64,000 nt of DNA from Mobula hypostoma (taxonomy: Eukaryota). Of this stretch, positions 63,560 to 64,000 are shown one piece after another. The position numbers and the translations under genes were made by a program. The DNA lies in NCBI RefSeq assembly GCF_963921235.1, contig NC_086107.1, positions 98,210,001 through 98,274,000 of the forward strand, written 5' to 3'. The notes beneath the pieces were generated by a model. That model was not told the DNA's origin. It did not search any database and saw nothing but the letters and a program-made list of their open reading frames with translations. The stretch's first letter is position 1; each line of letters opens with the position of its first letter.

Positions 63560-63930
63560 TCTCTATAGAGAGAAACGGACACTCAATCGTTTGGGTTGAG
63601 ATCCGTTAGACTGGATGAGAGTGTAAAGGGACTGGACATCCATGGTGAAAATGTAGCAGTCAGATATATGGAACTGGAAGTCGTTAAGGTGAGTATGTGA
63701 GGTGTCCCAGTTGTAAGTGGGAGGAGACCAGACCAGGATGACAAGAAGAGTCGACGTATGAGGAGCTGAGCTCAAGGCAAGAACAGTCAGATACCTTGGG
63801 CCTACCAGGCTGATTTTCTTGTGAACCTTGGGTGGAATTAGAAGCAGGCAGTGCAGTTGGGGAAATCTCAGGTTGCAGGCTGTGGCGGGGAGATCTCCAG
63901 CTGTGACGGTAAGGAAGACGATGCTCTGAC
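63560..63930 (-). mobile_element. Decayed Penelope-like reverse transcriptase fragment
   Basis: IFTMDVQSLYTLI (RT motif A of Penelope-like elements) and PGRPKVS.CSC in minus-strand ORFs. Confidence 0.7.
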
Positions 63931-64000
63931 ATCAGTAAGACCGAAGAACTGACTGTGGATTTCAGAAAGGGTAAGATGAGGGAACACGCACCAGTCCTCA

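Overview
Eukaryotic, repeat-rich vertebrate DNA. The mix of Penelope, CR1, Rex1/Babar, RTE, V-SINE-like and Tc1/hAT MITE repeats suggests a cartilaginous fish (inference). The window holds one protein-coding gene: a complete, compact and divergent PDGF-B-like growth factor on the + strand. It has a TATA box at ~25487, coding exons at 25982-26035, 26693-26750, 32050-32139, 34783-34976, 37672-37795 and 38285-38400, a probable non-coding exon 7 from ~40373, and AATAAA at 41357. The exons splice in frame to 211 aa with all 8 cystine-knot cysteines and a mix of PDGF-A-like and PDGF-B-like residues. Most of the remainder is transposon debris. The most striking non-gene signal is a Penelope-like (GIY-YIG) retroelement system. 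About a dozen minimal, dimer-type hammerhead ribozyme motifs sit near element 3' ends. Several insertions are TSD-flanked palindromes (220 bp to 1.26 kb) with a reproducible asymmetry of one long and one short end.
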